Below the pieces are notes generated by a model that ran no database searches, was not told where the DNA came from, and saw nothing but the letters and a program-made list of their open reading frames with translations. The position numbers and the translations under genes were made by a program. DNA of 64,000 nucleotides, taken from positions 124,001 to 188,000 of the forward strand of contig JASTWF010000342.1 in assembly GCA_030390025.1 (NCBI GenBank), read 5' to 3'. Below, in pieces: positions 24,680 through 36,571 of this stretch. Numbering within the stretch: the first letter of the stretch is position 1; the number at the start of each line of letters is the position of its first letter. The DNA comes from Squalus acanthias (Eukaryota).

Positions 24680-26946
24680 ATGGCAGATCCACGACCCAGA
24701 GAGAGAGCCCGCAGATTCTGTGATCAAGCATTGGAGGCGTTGGTGTCCACTGTGAAGAGATGGAAGGCGGTGCTCTACCTGGCAAGTGGCAGGAGGCCCT
24801 CGCCGCAAGTCTTCCACATCACGTGGAGGGAGGTAGCGCAGCATGTCTCGGGCAGCACGTCTCGGGCAGCACTGTGGTCCCCAGGATCCACACACAGTGC
24901 AGTAAGAAATTTATGGACCTCACTCGTGTGGTCAGGGTGAGTGAATGCTTCTACAAATGCTACATACCACCATCTGAACCTCAGTCTGCACACACTGCCC
25001 AAAGCATCACACCCCCAACACTCACCACCAACAATCTCTACCTACCAACACTCACACCCACATCTCACACCTTGCACACAATGACAGCTATTCAACTATG
25101 GCAAACACATTGCTCCACACTCACTCACACACTTTGCTTTCTCTTGCAGGCCAAGGTTTTTTTTTCGTTCATGGGATGTGGGCATCGCTGGCAAGGCCAG
25201 CATTTATTGCCCATCCCTAGTTGCCCTTGAGAAGGTGGTGGTGAGCCGCCTTCTTCAACCGCTGCAGTCCATGTGGTCAAGGTACTCCCACAGTGCTGTT
25301 AGGGAGGGAGTTCCAGGATTTTGACCCAGCGACGATGAAGGAATGGCGATATACTTCCAAGTCAGGATGGTGTGTGGCTTGGAGGGGAACTTGGAGGTGA
25401 TGGTGTTCCCACGCGCCTGCTGCCCTTGTCCTTCTAGGTGGTAGAGGTCGTGGGTTTGGGAGATGCTGTCGAAGAAGTCTTGGCGAGTTGTTGCAGTGCA
25501 TCTTGTAGATGGTACACACTGCAGCCACGGTACACCAGTGGTGGAGGGAATGAATGTTTAAGGTAATGGATGGGGTGCCAATCAAAGTGGCTCACAACAG
25601 GAGGGAGCAGGAGCACACAGGCGGGGGTCAAGCTGACACCCAATCACTGTCTGTGCTTGCAATAGAGTGCTGCAGATCATTGGGTAGCCAGGTGGTGGGC
25701 ACCGTGATCACTAGTAACATTGAACCCCTTGGGGACAGCAACAGTCTGTTCATCCCTACTCCTTCTCACATCCCACTTCCCCCTCACCCCACAAGTGTTT
25801 CGCACTTTCCAGTTAATCATGCTGTATGTATGCATTCCTTCCTTCCTGCCCCCCTCCCCTCACCTTGACCCGACTCTTGTGCCTTTATGCTTTCAAATAA
25901 TGAGCAAGCCCCTGAGCAGCCTGTCCCTGAGAGTGCCATAGAGAGTGAGGTGGGAAAAGAGGAGAAGGAAGAACACACCGTGTCACTCCATGTCTCACCC
26001 GCAGGCACCAGCTCAGATACTGGCACTACGCGTTCTTTAGAGGCTAGTATAGTAGCGGGAACTGCACAGGGTGAGGCACTGGGGATGAGTGGGCTGCAGC
26101 AAGGCCAGGGGGAAAGGGTAGCTCGTGGGCCAGCGCCCCGGAGGGCGAGTTCGCGTGAGAGTTCTGCTGCACAGGACTCAGATGAGGACCTCAATGGGGA
26201 GACGTTTAGAAGAAGGGTGATGGGCATGCACACGGAGATGATAGGTGCAATGGCAAGGGTGCCTGAGAGCCTGTCGACAATGGTAAGGAACATGGAGGAG
26301 TCTGCCTCCAACATTGCACAGAGCACTGTGCACACCATGGAGCCCATCATTTCCAGTCTGCAAAGGATGCTGGGCTCCCAGAGAGACCGTGGCGACCCAG
26401 ACCTGATGTCACTTGTGATGAGCGATCTGACAGCTTCCATTGCAGCACAGTCATAAGCGACACAATGTCTTAGTGCTGTAATGCAGTCTCAGCTTGATGC
26501 CATGCAAGCTCTGACTGCTGCCATCGTGGCTGGGTCTACCAGCATCAACTGGGGCTTTCACGGTGTCACAGCAGGCCAGCAATTTGTGCTCGAACAGATT
26601 GCTATGGATGCTGAGGTGCTGCCCCATGGAACCTGCTGTCCTCTCTCAGGATGACAGCATTCCTGCTCCCACCACTGCCACTCCGCCATTACCCTTGTCG
26701 CTGCCTGTCATCCAGCCAGCCCAGACTGCCGCCGCCCTTGCTGAGGTGGTGCAGTCTACAGCCCAGCCTTCCAGGCCCAGAGCTGGTCGAGGGCATCCTG
26801 CAAGGCCATCTGAAGTCTCCCGCACGGACATTCAGCAGCCTTCCACCAGCTCTGTTGCAGTCACTGGGCCAACACTTTGTAGGAGCACTAGAGTGGGCAA
26901 AGGCACAGTAACTAAAGGCATTAAGGGATTGCACAAGGGTGCATAG
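24680..26946 (+). pseudogene. Harbinger Myb/SANT-like gene remnant of H2, 3 exons
   Basis: MADPRPRERARRFCDQALEAL...QCSKKFMDLTRVVR then GTGAGT (24937); exon 2 from 25150 split by a LINE (resumes KVAHNRREQEHTGGG); long exon 3 (ORF 25887-26456 onward); 14-bp duplication frameshifts exon 1. Confidence 0.85.
25158..25583 (-). mobile_element. 3' fragment of the tRNA-headed LINE family
   Basis: Near-identical to 29030-29450. Confidence 0.9.
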
Positions 26947-27096
26947 TAAATATTTTGGTTATAATATGTATCAACTGATTATTGATGAATTTATTAATTC
27001 AGTTTGGATTCTTTTGTGGTGTCTCTCATTTCAGCTCTGCACTGTGATATGGCGTATGACAGGGATGTGGTGAGCAACAGGGATCTGGGTTTTAAT

Positions 27097-28296
27097 TCAA
27101 TAAAACCGCAGTCTGATGAGGCAGTCATAGACTGCCCTTCCGGAAGGCCGATTGAGTGGCTGCCTCCTCCCTCGCTCCTGTTCCTCCCCTCCTTGTCCTC
27201 CTCCTCATCTTCCTCTTCTTCCTCTTCTTCCTCTTCCTCCTCACCTCCCTCTTCCTCCTCCTGAGGTGGTCCCGCAATCCCTGGTGGCAACAGCTGGGCC
27301 CTCATGATGGTCAAGTTGTGGAGCATGCAGCAGACACCATGAAATGGGACACTCGCTCAGCTGAGTACTGGAGGGCTCCTCCTGTGCGGTCCATGCAGCA
27401 GAATCATTGCTTCAGCAGGCTGATGGTCTGCTCGATGATGTTCCTGGTGGCAGCATGGCTCTAATTATATGAGTGCTAGGCAGGAGCATTGGGGTTGCGG
27501 AGGGGAGTCATGAGCCAGATGGAGAGCAGATAGACCTTGTCTCCAAGCAGCCAGCCACATGCATGACGTGATGGCTGGAAGAGTGCTGGCACACCAGTCT
27601 GGCTCAGGATGAAGGCATCGTGCCTGCTGCCAGGATAGCGGGCATTGAATTGAGGATTAGCTGTCTGTGGTCACACACCAATTGCTCATTAAGTGAGTGG
27701 TAGCCTTTGTGGTTAGGGAAGATCTCAGGATTGTTGTGAGATGCCCACAAAGCCACATGGGTGCAGTCAATGGTGCCCTGCACCATGGGGAAGCTAGCTA
27801 TCCTGACAAAGCCACATGCACTCTCGTCTTGCTTCTCTCTGGTGATGCAGAAGGAAATGTAGTCCTTTCTCCTACTGTAGAAAGCCTCTGTGATCTCCCG
27901 GATGCAGCGATGGATGGCAAACTGTGAGATTTTAGCTATGTCTCCTGTTGCAGACTTGACGGATCTGCTGGTGAAGAAATTAAGGGCAACGGTGACCTTG
28001 ACTGCCACTGAGAGAGCCGTGGTCACCCTGATCTGAGGCTGAAGGTCTGGTTGCAGGAGGTGGCAGAGTTCTGTGACCACATCCTTGGTGAAGCGGAGTC
28101 TTCTAATACACTGCTCCTTGTTTAATTGGAGGTAGGAGAAGTGTTCTCAGAATACCCTCGGAGGGTAAGGCCTCCTGTTGAGAGCCCTGATGGCCCACCT
28201 CCTCCCTCTGGCCACATGTTCCAGTCTTTCTCGCTGCCTCCGCTCCCTCTGCTGTAGATCCTGGAGGGTGAGGTCAACTGCCAGTACAGGCCCCAT
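27097..28296 (-). pseudogene. Harbinger DDE transposase of H2
   Basis: KVTVALNFF, FPMVQGTIDCTHV, HKGYHSLNEQLVCD, MLHNL, Glu-rich tail; frameshifted. Confidence 0.92.
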
Positions 28297-29011
28297 TAAT
28301 GTAACCAAGTGTAGCAGTTTGATTTTTTTAAAGAATAAATTTAGTTCGTTTTTGTTGCTACAACACTCCTGATACTAAATAACCTTGAAATCATGGAATG
28401 AGACTGTTTCACTATGTGAAACTGACAAGAAAGCAGTGAAATTGCACTAACCTATAGCTGCAACTCATTACTGATGATCCCTTTAAATAACCAGGCGCTA
28501 AGGTAGGTGGCGACAATTAATTTTGCAGATCAGGCGGTCAGTGAGCATTGCACACTCACTGACGTCACAATCTTACCAGCCGTTGAGGTTCCCGGCGATA
28601 ACTGTTAGCGGCGGCGCTGCAGGGGGCGGGGGGATTTGGCGTGCGGTGCTGGATTCGCCTCGCCCCGGCGATAATGCTCTTGCGTCCCAATAGTGCCATC
28701 TGCTGGCACTAACGGGAGGCACAAAGGTACAGACTTTTTCCCCTCTGACTGCTATGCAACCTCTATGTGCATGACTAAATGTGGAGTCATGCTAAATCAA
28801 GTGCTGCAGGACTAAGCGAGGGGTGATGCAAAGTCAAGTGTTACAGGTCTAAGTGAAGAGTCACACATGGTTTAATGACAAATTACCATGAGGAAATCAA
28901 TACAAGAATTCTTCTTCAAACTCCTTACTAATGAGGATGACTCAATGGCAATACTACCAAAGGAGAATATAATTATTCACTTAGTCATATGCAACCAACT
29001 GGGGCGTGACA

Positions 29012-32000
29012 ATTTTTTTTCTTTTTTAAAATTTGTTCGTGGGGTGTGGGCATCGCTGGCAAGGCCAGCATTTATTGCACATCCCTAATTGCCCTTGAGA
29101 AGATGGTGGTGAACCACCTACTTGAACCGCTGCAGTCTTGTGATGAAGGTACTCCCACAGTGCTGTTAGGGAGGGAGTTCCAGGATTTTGACCCAGCGAC
29201 GATGAAGGAACAGCGATATATTTCCAAGTCAGAATGGTGTGTAACTTGGAGGGGAACTTGGAGGTGATGGTGTTCCCATGCGTCTGCTGCCCTTGTCCTT
29301 CTAGGTGGTAGAGGTCGCGGGTTTGGGAGGTGCTGCCGAAGAAGCCTTGGCGAGTTGCTGTAGTGCTTCTTGTAGATGGTACACACTGCAGCCACGGTAT
29401 GCCGGTGGTGGAGGGAGTGAATGTTTAAGGTGGTGGATGGGATACCAATCAAGCGGACTGCTTTGTCTTGGATGGTGTTGAGCTTCTTGAGTGTTGTCGG
29501 AGCTGCACTCATTCAAGCAAGTGAGAGCATTCCATCACACACCTAACTTATGCCTTGTAGATGGTGGAAAGGCTTTGGGAAGTCAGGAGGTGAGACACTC
29601 GCTGCACAATATCAACCCTCTAACTTGCTCTTGTAGCCACGGTATTTATGTGTCTGGTCCAGTTAGGTTTCTGGTCAATGGTGACCCCCCAGCATGTTGA
29701 TGGTGGGGGATTCAGCGATGGTAATACCGTTGAATGTCAAGGGGCGGTGGTTAGACGCTTGCTTGTTGGAGATAGTCATTGCCTGGCACTTGTGTGGCAT
29801 GAATGTGACCTGCCTCTTACCAGTCCAAGCCTGAATGTCGTCCAGGTCTTGTTGCATGCGGGCATGGACTGCTTCATTATCTGAGGAGTTGCGAATAGCA
29901 CTGAACACTGTACAATCATCAGCAAACATCCCCACTTCTGACCTTATGATGGAGGGAAGGTCATTGATGAAGCAGCTGAAGATGGTTGGGCCTAGGACAC
30001 TGCCCTGAGGAACTCCTGCAGCGATGTCCTGGGGCTGTGATGATTGACCTCCAACCACCACAACCACCTTCCTTTGTGTTAGGTATGACACCAGCCAGTG
30101 GAGAGTTTTCTCCCCGATTCCCATTGACTTCAGTTTTACTAGGGCTCCTTGATGCCACACTCGGTCAAATGCTGCCTTGATGTCAAGGGCAATCACTCTC
30201 ACCTCACCTCTGGAATTCAGCTCTTTTATCCATGTTTGAACCAAGGCTGTAATGAGGTCGGGAGCTGAGTGGTCTTGGCAGAAACCAAACTGGGCATCAG
30301 TGAGCAGGTTATTGGTGAGTAAGTGCTACTTGATAGCAGTGTCACCGCTTCCATCACTTTGCTGATGACAGAGAGTGGACTGATGGGGCAGTAATTGGCC
30401 GGATTGGATATGTCCTGCTTTTTGTGCTCAGCCGTTTCTTGATATCACGTGGAGTGAATCGAATTGGCTGAAGACTGGCTTCTGTGGTGGTGGGGACCTC
30501 AGGAATAGGCCGATATGGATCATCCACTCGGCACTTCTGGCTGAAGATGGTTGCAAATGTTTCAGCTTTGTCTTTTGCACTCACGTGCTGGGCTCCACCA
30601 TCATTGAGCATGAGGATATTCATGGAGCCTCCTCCTCCCGTTAGTTGTTTAATGGTCCACCACCATTTACGATTGGATGTGGCAGGACAGCAGAGCTTTG
30701 ATCTGATCCGTTGATTGTGGGATTGCTTAGCTCTGTCAATAGTATGCTGCTTCTGCTTTTTAGCACGCATGTAGTCCTGTGTTGTAGCTTCCCAGGTTGG
30801 CACTGCATTTTTAGGTACGCCTGGTGCTGCTCCTGGCATGCTCTTCTACACTCCTTATTGAACCAGGGTTGGTCCCCTGGCTTGATGATAATGGTAGAGT
30901 GAGGGATATGCCAGGCCATGAGGTTACAGATTGTGGTGGAATACAATTCTGCTACTGCTGATGGCCCACAGCATCTCATGGATGCCCAGTTTTGAGCTGC
31001 TAGTTCTGTTGTGAATCTATCCCATTTAGCACGGTGGTAGTGCCACATAACATGATGGAGGGTGTCCTCAGTGTGAAGATGGGACTTGGTCTCCGCAATG
31101 ACTGTGCGGTGGTCACTCCTACCAATGCTGTCATGGACAGATGCATCTGCGGCAGGTAGATTGGTGAGGACGAGGTCAAGTAGGTTTTTCCCTCGTGTTG
31201 GTTCTCTCACCACCTGTCGCAAGCCCAGGCTGGCAGCTATATCCTTCAGGACTCGGCCAGCTCAGTCAGTAGTGGTGCTACCGAGCCACTCTTGGTGATG
31301 GACATTGAAGTCCCCCACCCAGAGTACATTCTGTACCCTTACTAATCTCAACATGGAGGAGTACTGATTCATCAGCTGAGGGAGGGGGGTAGGTGCTAAT
31401 CAGCAGGAAGTTTCCTTGCCCATGCTTGACCTGAAGCCATGAGACATTATGGGGTCTGGAGTCAATGTTGAGGACTCCCAGGGCCACTCCTTTCCGACTG
31501 TATACCACTGTGCCACCACCTCTGGTGGGTCTGTCCTGCCAGTGGGACAGGACATACCCAGGGATGGTGATGGAGGAGTTTGGGACTTTGGCTGAAAGGT
31601 ATGATTCTGTGAGTATGATTATGACAGGCTGTTGCTTAACTAGTCTGTGGGACAGCTCTCCTAATTTTGGCACAAGTCCCCAGATGTTAGTGAGGAGGAC
31701 TTTGCAGGATCGACTGGGCTGGGTGTGCCATTATCGTGTGCAAAGCTGGTGCCGAGGTTGATGCCGGGTGGTCAATCCAGTTTTATTCTTCTTATTGTTT
31801 TTCGTAGTGGTTGTGTACAACTGAGTGACCTGCTAGGCCATTTCAGAGGGTAGTTAAGAGTCAACCACATTGCTGTGTGTCTGGAGTCATATATAGGCCA
31901 GACTAGGTAAGGACGGCAGATTTCCTTCCCTAAAGGACATGAGTGAACCAGATGGGTTTTTACGACAATCCGATAGTTTCATGGTCACCATTACTGATAC

Positions 32001-32138
32001 TAGCTTTTTAATTCCAGATTTATTTAATTAACTGAATTTAAATTCAGCAGATGGCATGGTGGGATTTGAACTCATGTTTCTGGATTATTCATCCAGATCT
32101 CTGGATTACTAGTCCAGTAACATAACCACTATGCTGCT
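29012..32138 (-). mobile_element. Apparently full-length single-ORF CR1-group LINE (APE + RT) with tRNA-derived 5' head; degenerate
   Basis: [71 protein letters not shown]; stop at 29085-29087; A box ~32126-32136, B box 32061-32073; A-rich tail ~29012-29027. Confidence 0.9.
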
Positions 32139-33195
32139 GTGTTGTAGCTTCGCCAGGTTGGCACCCTATTTTTAGGTATACCTGGTGCTGCTCCTGGCAT
32201 GCTCTTTTACACTCCTCATTGAACCAGGATTGGTCGCCTGGCTTGATGATAATGGTAGAGTGAGGAATATACCAGGCCATCAGGTTACAGGTTGTGGTGG
32301 CATACAATTCTGCTGTTGCTAATAATCCCACAGCGCATGGAGGAGTACTGAGGTTATCCTCAGTGTGAAGTCGGGATTTTGTCTCCACAAGGACTGTGCA
32401 GTGGTCACTCCTACCATGGACAGATGCATTTGCGACAGATGGATCAGTGAGGACAAGGCACGTAAGTTTTTCCCTCGTGTTGGTTCTCTCACCACCTGCC
32501 ACAAGCCCAGTCTGGCAGGTATATTGTTCAGGACTCACCCAGCTCAGTCAGTAGTGGTGCTACTGAGCCACTCTTGGTGATGGATATTGAAAGCTCTCAC
32601 CCTTGCTGCCCTTAGTGCTACTTCCAAGTGGTGTTCAACATGGAGGAGTACTAAGGGATGGTAATAGGTGGTAATCAGCAGGAGGTTTCCTTGCCTATGT
32701 TTGACCTGATGTCATGAGACTTCATGGGATCCGGAGTCAATGTTGATGACTCCTAGGCCACTCCCTCCCGACTGTATACCACAGTGCCATCCCCTCTGAA
32801 CAGGACATACCCAGGGATGGTGATGGAGGAATTTGGGACATTGGCTGAAAAGTATGATTCTGTGAGTATGACTATATCAGGCTGTTGCTTGACTAGTCTG
32901 TGGGACAGCTCTCCAAATTTTGGCAAAAGTGTCCAGATATTAGTGAGAAGGACTTTGCAGGGTTGTCTGGGTCGAGTCCGAATCTGATGCATAGGTCTAT
33001 GCCGGGTGATCCGTCCGGTTTTATTCATATCATACTTTGTCGTAGCGGTTTTGTATAACTGAGTGCCTTGCTAACTCTGCTACTTGCCAAAAGCATAACG
33101 TTCAGCATGCAGTCCATGTGGTGCTTCGTACAACTGAGTGGTTTGCGAGACAGTTAAGAGTCAACGACATTGCTATGGGTCTGGAGTCATGTATA
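32139..33195 (-). mobile_element. Second, partial copy (5' UTR core + endonuclease) of the same LINE
   Basis: MNKTGRITRHRP...CKVLLTNIW.L.PK.GELSHRL (32753-33028); same UTR-ORF junction as 31800-31840. Confidence 0.88.
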
Positions 33196-33199
33196 GGAA

Positions 33200-33932
33200 G
33201 GTGTTTGCTGCTGACCCTGAAGTACGATTTGCACAATGATCGCGCGATCCCTGTGTCGAGAACTTCGGGTTTTCCGACCTTCAATTCAAATCAACAAATT
33301 GTAGTGGGGATTCCCTTGTACGAACTGTTGTGACATCAACAGGCTGTCTAAGCAGCCAATCAAAACGCAGAATTCTCATAGACAATGAACAAGGAAGTGA
33401 GTAAGCTCTTAATATTTTAACGTTTTAAAATAGTTAAAGAGAGCAAAAGAAAGATTGGGGTTATCACATGGGGAAAAGGCAAACCTAAAATAAAGATGGA
33501 CAAACATTTTTTTTTAAGTTTCTTAAAAATTTAAATTTTTATTAAAATGGACAAATTTCACACTGCACCAAATTAAGATTCATTTTACAGGCCCTTAACA
33601 TTTGTTTAGCAGTAATAACATTGTCAAAACCCCAGTTACACCTAATCCCTTTGGGTCTAACTTTTAGTGGGGAATTTAACAGCGCACTTACTGCGGAGGG
33701 GCCGAGGTTTTCGTCAGTTTCAATGATTTGGCTGATTACACTGATTGACTGCTGTGGGGGTGGGGGGCGGGGGGTGCACAGCGCAGCCTGTGTCGGAGCT
33801 GTCAATGACTGACCGCAACTTTGGGATTTCTGCATGCGCATGTGCTAAATTCCAAAGTTGCAGTCAGTTTCAAAGCCGGACTGACGGTGAATGCTGCCAG
33901 TTCAGTATCATCCCGACCGCAAATTCCAGGCC
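33200..33932 (+). mobile_element. Harbinger-type MITE (family M), one end missing
   Basis: Ends GACCGCAAATTCCAGGCC; inverted homolog at 34190-36571. Confidence 0.7.
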
Positions 33933-34189
33933 GTGGTCTTTTGTGTGAGGGAATTAATGGATAAATAAATAAGAAAACAAGCAATAGAGCTGGAGGGAGG
34001 CCTCTGAAATTAGTCTCTCCATTCCCTCTATTCAATCCACATCCACAATCTCAATGGTCCTCACTTCATGACAGATCAAGGGTTGTAGATTTGGTGACCT
34101 CCCCCCCTGTGTGCAAGCACTGCCTCCTGTTATGTGCAGCCAGAGAGAACTGTACTCTGTATCTAACCATTCTATGCCTTGTCTAGGAT

Positions 34190-36571
34190 ACAGCAGGCGC
34201 ATGTGGAAATCCTGAAGTTGCGATCTGTAATTCACAGCTCCGACCCAGGCTGCACTGATCCCCACCGCCACTCCCGCCCCCCCCCCCCCACCTCCCCACA
34301 GTGCCGCAATCAGTGTAATCACTCACGCTGTTAAATTCTCCACTAAAGACCCAAAGGGATTAGTTATAGCTGGGGTTTTAACAGTGTATTGACTGCTAAA
34401 CAAAGGTTATGTGCCTGAAAAACTAATTTTAATTTTGTGCAGTGTGAAATTTATCCATCTTTATTTCAGATTTGCCTTTTCCCCATGTGAGAGCCCCAAT
34501 CTTTGTTTTGCACTTTCTTCATTTTTAGATAGTTAGGCCGCGAATTTGCAAGCACTCAGAGGGCGGGTTTGGAGGCGGGTCCGCTGTCAAAATCGCAAAG
34601 GTTGGCAGCGGGAAGGAAACCTGCTGTCAACCCGCTTCCATGCGAGTCTCCCAGGTGTCGGGTCTGTCTGCGCAGAACTGACCCGACACCAAGCGCCGGG
34701 GGATACAATTCAGCTTGTTAAATGGCTTGTTTAGAGCCAATTTAATAGTATTTTGAGGCTTCCTTCCAATTTTACATTCTCCCCCATGGGTTGCCCGCTG
34801 TTCGGGGAACACGCCAGTTCAATCTGGCGTGTTTTGAGTCTGCTGTGATGTTTCTGAAAAGCTGACAGCTGCAGAAGTGGTGCCAAGGATCCATGCTACA
34901 GATGGTCAGTTTCAGAGCGCAGAAAATGTTGGTTACTGCATTTTTAATACATATAGAGATTTCTTTAGCTTACAAGTTTTTAGATCCAACTGTTTGTCCA
35001 GTGCCACCTCATTGGGAGAACCTCTCTCGCCATTGACAGATCGCTTCTGTCATCGCACCTGCTGCAGCCATCTATTCCAGCAACAGATTAGATTGAAAAA
35101 AATAGACCTTGGTCCTCCAAATCCTTCCACGATCAGCCCCAACACCAACATCACCAGGCACACCAACATTACCAACAACATCACCAACCTTCTCCGCCAT
35201 CACCTGATGCTGCACAGGACACAGGGCATCAGCCCCTGACAAAATTGCTGGCCGGGAGGCAAGCGATGGTATCACCATGGCCAGATTTACTTCACTTGAC
35301 GCTGTAAACCCTGGCTGCCACATGATGTACCAGGTTAACACCATCCCACACCAGCACCGTGAACCATCCCTTTAATGTCCAAGCCATTCCATGCACACTC
35401 ATCACTATAGCGGGGGGGGGGGTGCGGGGGGGAGTTATGTCTCAACATTCACTGGAACTCAGTAAGACACTTCTCAAGGTGCGCACAGATTTGTCCAATA
35501 AGGGGCAGTTTTAGAAAAATAGATTTCACTGCATGACAACACATTACCAGAAACTTCACATGGACATTGACTAAACCTCTCAAGTGCCCACCCTTGTGTG
35601 TTGTTAGTTGGTATGCTTGCAGTAGGATGAGGGTGAGTGTGAGGGGTGGCTAGTGAGATGGGGAAGTGATAATGTAGATAGAGAAGGTTGGGTGGAGGTG
35701 CAAGGTAAGTTGGTGTGAGTAAGGATGTGCAGGAGAAGGGTATGGATGCAGAGTGATGGGAATGTGTTGAGTGGCACAGCAGGGTGAGTTTGAGTGCGGC
35801 TTTGCAGTAACATTTCATGATCCACTGAGATCATTGAAAGGTTGGCGCCACTGCAGCCAGGGACCCCTGACGACATCCCTGCTTTTGCCCTCCTGTGCAA
35901 TGTGCAACCAGGCTGTGTTGGTGTCCTGGGGAGGTCTCTTCTGCCCTTGGTAGGGAAGAGAACCTTCCTACGTGCTGTGACTCCCTCCATAAGCATATGG
36001 AGGGAGTCACTGGAGAGCCTTGGTGCAAGCATCCACCTTTGTGCAGTGCTTGTCATTGTTTACAGCACCTCAATGCTGTCAAACACTGACAGAACAACTG
36101 TCAAACTCCATGTGGACGTGGTCCCTTTAAGGAAATTGGCTGATGACGCGTCATCAAATAACGTCATCGGACCCGCTTCCTGTTAACTGGCCGGGAAGCC
36201 CGCAGGGCGGGCTTAACAAGGCCAATCAAGGGAAAATCCCCTTTACAGAGCAGCTGCAGCTAGGTTCATGACCGGAACCCGGCAACCAGCTGTCCCGCAA
36301 CCATCCCACCTCCGCTGGGAAATTCGCGGTCTTAGAATTTTAAGAGCTTACTCACTTCCTTGTACGCTGTCTGTGACAATTCTGCATTTTGATTGGCTGC
36401 TTAGATAGCTTGTTGACTTCACAGCAGCTCGCACAAGGGGATCCCCACTAATCTCCATTGATTTGCAGGTCGGAAAACCCAAAGTTCTTGACACAGTGAT
36501 CTTTGTGCGAAGCTTACTTTGGGGCCAGTGGCGGACGCCTTTGCTTCGCCGCTGACCGCAAATTCCAGGCC
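34190..36571 (-). mobile_element. Harbinger-type MITE (family M), interrupted by an NA-1 element
   Basis: Reverse-complement homology to 33200-33870; ends GACCGCAAATTCCAGGCC at 36554-36571. Confidence 0.7.
34536..36331 (-). mobile_element. Non-autonomous Harbinger derivative (NA-1), complete, 1796 bp
   Basis: TIR GGCCGCGAATTT / AAATTCGCGGTC; TSD TTA; Myb remnant APRLSSDSLHMLMEGVTARRKVLFP. Confidence 0.88.

Larger units (their letters stand above)
24133..28744. mobile_element. Two-gene Harbinger transposon (H2)
   Basis: Ends homologous to the TSD-bounded copy 44247-47849; Myb gene on +, transposase on -; terminal bases degenerate. Confidence 0.85.

Noticed and set aside
17360..28296. Domesticated HARBI1/NAIF1 host genes
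   Set aside because: Multiple copies lie inside TIR-bounded elements and carry stops, frameshifts and insertions.
32055..32138. Functional tRNA gene
   Set aside because: Duplicated arm, no convincing acceptor stem and no downstream T-run; it is a retroelement head.
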